From the IMG/VR virus record IMGVR_UViG_3300045988_027176, positions 1 through 41,559 of that record: a DNA stretch of 41,559 bases; one strand, given 5' to 3'. Under the pieces are notes generated by a model. It was not told the origin of the DNA, did not search any database, and saw only the letters and a list, made by a program, of their open reading frames with translations. Positions 38,191 to 41,559 of the stretch are shown piece after piece. The position numbers and the translations under genes were made by a program. Position 1 is the stretch's first letter. Each line of letters opens with the position of its first letter. Source of the DNA: a virus.

Positions 38191-38459
38191 TAGCCTCTCG
38201 CAAAGCGGGATCCTGAAGTGCTTTTTCAATTTCAGCTTTTTCGTTCTCCGCAAGTAGATTCTTTTCGTTCTCGCTCATTCTGATCCTCCATTATGAATTT
38301 ATAGAATTTGAGCAGGAAGTCGATCCTGCGGGCGTAGCGATCCGGTGCGTCAACGGGTGTTTGCATTTTATCACTTCCCTAAATTGTTTTTCGACAATTT
38401 TCTGTTGATTCTATCGACATAGAAATTTATTCTGAACATAGCCGCATGGTGGTAACGAG

Positions 38460-39491
38460 ATGGAATACATTCCGCACTTCCGATATGGGCGCGCATATAA
38501 ACTTGTCCCGCCTCCGCCAAATTCGTTGTACGAAGATCGAGAGCTCATAAATTATGCAGAGAAAATCGTATGCGACGGCAAAATGTACGATCTGGCAAGC
38601 GTTGAATCAATCTATTCGATTCCTATTCCAGATTACGGGAAAATGCACATAGGCTCTATCGAAAGTCCCGTTTTTTACCTTGAGTACGTTCTCCGTATGC
38701 ACGCAAGCTATCTCTGGAAAAAGAAGGAATACCGGTTAGCTCTTGTTTGTCTGGGGAAGTCTACACAGATGATGCCGTTTTCGCCAATTGGATACCTTAA
38801 AGAAACCTACTACCGTATTGTCGATTGGGAAGAAGAACTTGGTAAATTTCAAAAAGCGGAAGAATGGGAACAATGGATAGAAGATAATGCGCCAAGCATC
38901 GAACAAGACGTTTTTACTAATGTATTGAAAGGTTGCAGGGAACTGCACACAGATCTTGTTTATTCGGCTTGGGCGGGTGCGCAAAGCGCAGTAACAGCAA
39001 AATATCAAGGGAGAGTTTACAGCATTTCAGGAAAAGACAAGCGATTCCCTACGCTGCCTGATTTTATGAAAGGGCCGCAGAACATTTGCTATTTGTCCGG
39101 CCCTTTTACATGTTGGGGAGACAAAAGCCTTGATACGATCTATTACAAAGGGAAAGACGCAAACGCCATTTCAGTAAGTTGGAGACCGTTTAAGGACGAT
39201 AGATCGCCGCAAGAAATTGCCGGATATAAAAACACGATTGAGAAAATCATGCAGCCCAAAATATCTCGGTACAAGATGCGTGTATACTTCCGAATTAAGT
39301 ATTATTTTCCTGAAAAGCTGCCTAAAACAAAATCGGCGATTTATCGCCTTTCGGAAGAAGAATTTGAAAATCTAATTTCTGCCGCGGAGTGCGCCGGTGT
39401 CCAACTTCCGGAAAAACCCGTTTACAAAGAACCGATAGACCCAGAGCCAGATTATAACGGCGGACACCGTAAACCATTTTTCGTTTTCTGA
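38460..39491 (+). CDS. Lysogeny-module cargo protein, 343 aa, function unknown
   Basis: Clean ORF on the lysogeny strand between the repressor and the integrase. Visibly AT-richer than the phage backbone. A hairpin follows it. Residues ~170-215 carry a short MuF-like motif (SAWAGAQSAVTAKYQGRVYSI). Confidence 0.6.
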   Translation: MEYIPHFRYGRAYKLVPPPPNSLYEDRELINYAEKIVCDGKMYDLASVESIYSIPIPDYGKMHIGSIESPVFYLEYVLRMHASYLWKKKEYRLALVCLGKSTQMMPFSPIGYLKETYYRIVDWEEELGKFQKAEEWEQWIEDNAPSIEQDVFTNVLKGCRELHTDLVYSAWAGAQSAVTAKYQGRVYSISGKDKRFPTLPDFMKGPQNICYLSGPFTCWGDKSLDTIYYKGKDANAISVSWRPFKDDRSPQEIAGYKNTIEKIMQPKISRYKMRVYFRIKYYFPEKLPKTKSAIYRLSEEEFENLISAAECAGVQLPEKPVYKEPIDPEPDYNGGHRKPFFVF

Positions 39492-39500
39492 TTTAAGATC

Positions 39501-39532
39501 GCCCCGGCGTTGGCGGCAACCTCTGCCGGGGC
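39501..39532 (+). terminator. Terminator-like GC hairpin after the 343-aa gene
   Basis: gccccggc-16 nt-gccggggc. Only a short tt follows. Confidence 0.4.
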
Positions 39533-39689
39533 TTCGGGTAAGGTGGTAAACCGACACGTCTGCCACATCTCAAGCGTACCCGCTCTTGCCCATAAAGTCC
39601 ATGTTGTAAATCACAAATCAGGAGGAAGATTCAAGAACCGTTCCCAAAACTTTCGGGAAATCCAACAACTGAATGGAGATGGAGAAAAA

Positions 39690-40250
39690 GTGTCCGCGCT
39701 CACAGACCTACAACCTTACTTAGACGAGTATCCAGCCAAACTTCGCAAAGCGAAAAATGCCAGCGGCTTCACCCTGCAAGAGTTGTCAGACCTTTCAGGC
39801 GTTCCTTATAACAACGTATGCGACACAAATGCAGGGCGGGTCAAGCACCCGCTCCTTTTTTATGCCGCTGCCACTTGCAAGGTATTGAATCTATCGCTGA
39901 ATGAGCTTGTCGGTCTGGATGAACAGCCGGACACACAGCATGTCCATGATCTGGAATTAGAGAACGTGCGGTTATCCGGCGAAGTAAAGCATCTGCAAGA
40001 AATGAACGCAGGGCTGAGAAAGCAGGGGGAAACCCACACAAGGACAATTTATATGCTTATAGGCGTATGCAGTATTCTTTTGTGCGCCGTTGTATGGTAC
40101 GTCATATTTGACATCAAGGTAGAGACCGCCGGTATTTTCCGCTCGGCTGGGACAAGCATTTTTGCGGGCGTCCTCGCCCTGATACTGAACGCCTCCGTCG
40201 CAACCATCATTTACGCCTTCAAAAGCATTTACAAGGGGAAAAAGAAATGA
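39690..40250 (+). CDS. Membrane-anchored XRE-family HTH protein
   Basis: I place the start at GTG 39690 (RBS ggagatggag). HTH FTLQELSDLSGVPYNNVCDTNAG, a coiled-coil-like segment, and two C-terminal TM helices (IYMLIGVCSILLCAVVWYVIF and IFAGVLALILNASVATIIYAF). ATGA overlap with the integrase start. Confidence 0.6.
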   Translation: MSALTDLQPYLDEYPAKLRKAKNASGFTLQELSDLSGVPYNNVCDTNAGRVKHPLLFYAAATCKVLNLSLNELVGLDEQPDTQHVHDLELENVRLSGEVKHLQEMNAGLRKQGETHTRTIYMLIGVCSILLCAVVWYVIFDIKVETAGIFRSAGTSIFAGVLALILNASVATIIYAFKSIYKGKKK

Positions 40251-41545
40251 GAGTTGCACTTTATGTCCGCGTCTCCACGGAAGAACAAGCCGTTCACGGC
40301 CTTTCCGTCGATGACCAGAAGGACAGCCTGAAAAGATGGGCGGAGGAAAACAAGCACAAGGTCGTTGATTATTACGTCGATGCCGGGGTAAGCGGCAGGA
40401 AAAGCGTGTCAAAGCGCCCTGAATTGCAGCGGCTTCTGTCCGACGTGGAAGCGGGGAAAATCGATCTCGTAGCGTTCACAAAGCTCGACCGGTGGTTCCG
40501 AAACATCGGGGAATTTTATAAGGCGCAGGAAGTCCTCGACGCGCACGGCGTTGTCTGGCAAGCGACATACGAGGATTATGAGACCGCCACAGCCGCCGGA
40601 CGGTTAAAGGTCAATATAATGCTGTCCGTCGCGCAGGACGAGGCAGACAGAACGTCAGAGCGTGTTAAACGGATCATGCAGCACAAGCGGGAGCTTGGCC
40701 TTTGCCCCGCGGGTAAAACGCCCATCGGGTTAAAGGCCGTCGAGAGCCGCCTTTGCATCGATGAGGAAACGGCGCACATTGCTAGGCGAATGTTTGAAGA
40801 TTACATCGCAACGGGAAGCGTTAACCACGTCAAAAAGATGCTCGTTTCCGAATTTGGAATAATGCGAGCGAATCATCATATAAAAGGCGCATTGAGCAAC
40901 GAGAGATATATCGGCCTTAACAACGGAATAAAAGTCTGCGACGCGCTGATCCCGCCGGAGGATTTTGCCCTTGTACAACGGATGCTGACGGCAAGAAGCA
41001 TTCGCAACAACGGATCAAAGCATACTTGGCTTTTCTCCGGCCTTGTCTGGTGCGCCGAATGCGGCCATCGTCTTGTGACGCATTCAACACGGCAACGTGG
41101 GACAGACTACTTCTATTACCGCTGCAAAAACTATGAAATTGGCATCTGCCGCCACAAAAAGAGAATCAACGAGGCGACGCTTGAAAAATATCTGCTTGCC
41201 AAGCTGCCAATCGAGGTACAGGCGCACAATGCAAAGCTCAAAGCAGGAAAAACAAAGCCGCCGGTTGATACGGCGGCGATCAAGCGGAAAATGGACAAAC
41301 TGACAGACCTTTACCTCGCTGATCTCATAAGCCGCGAGAAATACGAAATAGAATACACAGCATTAAAAGAAAAACTGAACGTACCGCCAGAGCCGAAGCC
41401 TATCAACGAAGAACTTGTCATGTCTCTATTGGACGCATATGACAAACTTCCGCCACGTGGAAAAAAGGAAGTGTGGAATCGCTTCATTCGCCGGATTGTA
41501 GTTTCAGAAAACGGCGACATCTTTTTTGAACTTGTTTGGCTATAA
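40247..41545 (+). CDS. int: Large serine recombinase (integrase)
   Basis: 432 aa. The N-terminal resolvase domain opens MRVALYVRVSTEEQ (catalytic Ser). Then a recombinase domain, a zinc ribbon CAECGH...YYRCKNYEIGICRH, and a C-terminal coiled coil. Confidence 0.93.
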   Translation: MRVALYVRVSTEEQAVHGLSVDDQKDSLKRWAEENKHKVVDYYVDAGVSGRKSVSKRPELQRLLSDVEAGKIDLVAFTKLDRWFRNIGEFYKAQEVLDAHGVVWQATYEDYETATAAGRLKVNIMLSVAQDEADRTSERVKRIMQHKRELGLCPAGKTPIGLKAVESRLCIDEETAHIARRMFEDYIATGSVNHVKKMLVSEFGIMRANHHIKGALSNERYIGLNNGIKVCDALIPPEDFALVQRMLTARSIRNNGSKHTWLFSGLVWCAECGHRLVTHSTRQRGTDYFYYRCKNYEIGICRHKKRINEATLEKYLLAKLPIEVQAHNAKLKAGKTKPPVDTAAIKRKMDKLTDLYLADLISREKYEIEYTALKEKLNVPPEPKPINEELVMSLLDAYDKLPPRGKKEVWNRFIRRIVVSENGDIFFELVWL

Positions 41546-41559
41546 AGAACCTTAACACC
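41505..41559. repeat. 55-bp terminal direct repeat, copy 2
   Basis: Identical to bases 1-55. Confidence 0.95.

Larger units (their letters stand above)
1..41559. mobile_element. Complete temperate siphovirus-like phage genome (circular assembly)
   Basis: Full set of integrase, repressor switch, recombination, terminase, portal, capsid, tape measure, tail fibre and lysis genes. The two window ends are identical over 55 bp, so the sequence closes on itself. Confidence 0.85.

Noticed and set aside
39510-39689. Upstream 60 codons of the 39510-40250 ORF.
   Set aside because: This stretch overlaps the terminator-like hairpin (39501-39532) and has no RBS. A GTG with a ggagatggag RBS at 39690 starts right before the HTH domain.

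Overview
The window is a complete temperate siphovirus-type phage genome of about 41.5 kb. It was assembled as a circle: bases 1-55 are identical to 41505-41559, and that repeat contains the 3' end of the integrase ORF. Signals are Gram-positive/Clostridia-like (strong GGAGG-type RBSs, frequent ATGA or short overlaps between genes, TTGACA-17-TATAAT-type promoters, GH25 plus Cpl-7-like endolysin).

Strand use is strictly partitioned. Every lytic gene is on the minus strand, transcribed right to left. The only plus-strand genes are the lysogeny set (CI-like repressor 37870-38190, a 343-aa cargo gene, a membrane-anchored XRE protein, a large serine integrase 40247-41545) and one isolated HTH gene at 27231-27440.

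Minus-strand modules, in transcription order:
- 37430-37642: Cro-like HTH and the immunity switch.
- 31902-37428: recombination/replication genes (Sak-type SSAP, NinB-like, HNH, SSB, replisome-organizer-like protein, DUF7666-like repeat protein, RuvC-like resolvase). I recognised no helicase, primase or polymerase.
- 27938-31905: small Zn-ribbon, ASCH and hypothetical genes.
- 27454-27873: putative late regulator.
- 26060-27060: four small genes behind a duplicated promoter/operator.
- 23283-25961: ParB-like, GT-A glycosyltransferase-like and UDP-galactopyranose mutase genes, overlapping directly into terS/terL.
- 16144-22925: TerL, portal, MuF-GNAT fusion, tRNA-Gln(UUG), scaffold, major capsid protein with an Ig-like tail.
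- 6450-16125: head-tail joining and tail genes.
- 4969-6453: lysis genes.
- 2118-4481: a terminator-bounded post-lysis cassette of Cys-rich, Q-rich and R/D/Y-rich proteins.
- 90-2050: an anti-defence-like island (acidic protein plus RHH operon, and ArdC-like).

Best candidates for undescribed biology:
1. The ParB-like/GT-A/Glf cassette sitting where relatives carry a DNA methyltransferase.
2. The MuF-GNAT head-protein fusion with a small downstream ORF and a tRNA.
3. The lysogeny-module 343-aa gene that carries a degenerate copy of the MuF motif.
4. A second HTH-controlled regulon defined by a 50-bp promoter/operator cassette present twice.

All functional calls come from reading motifs by eye. 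No database search was run.
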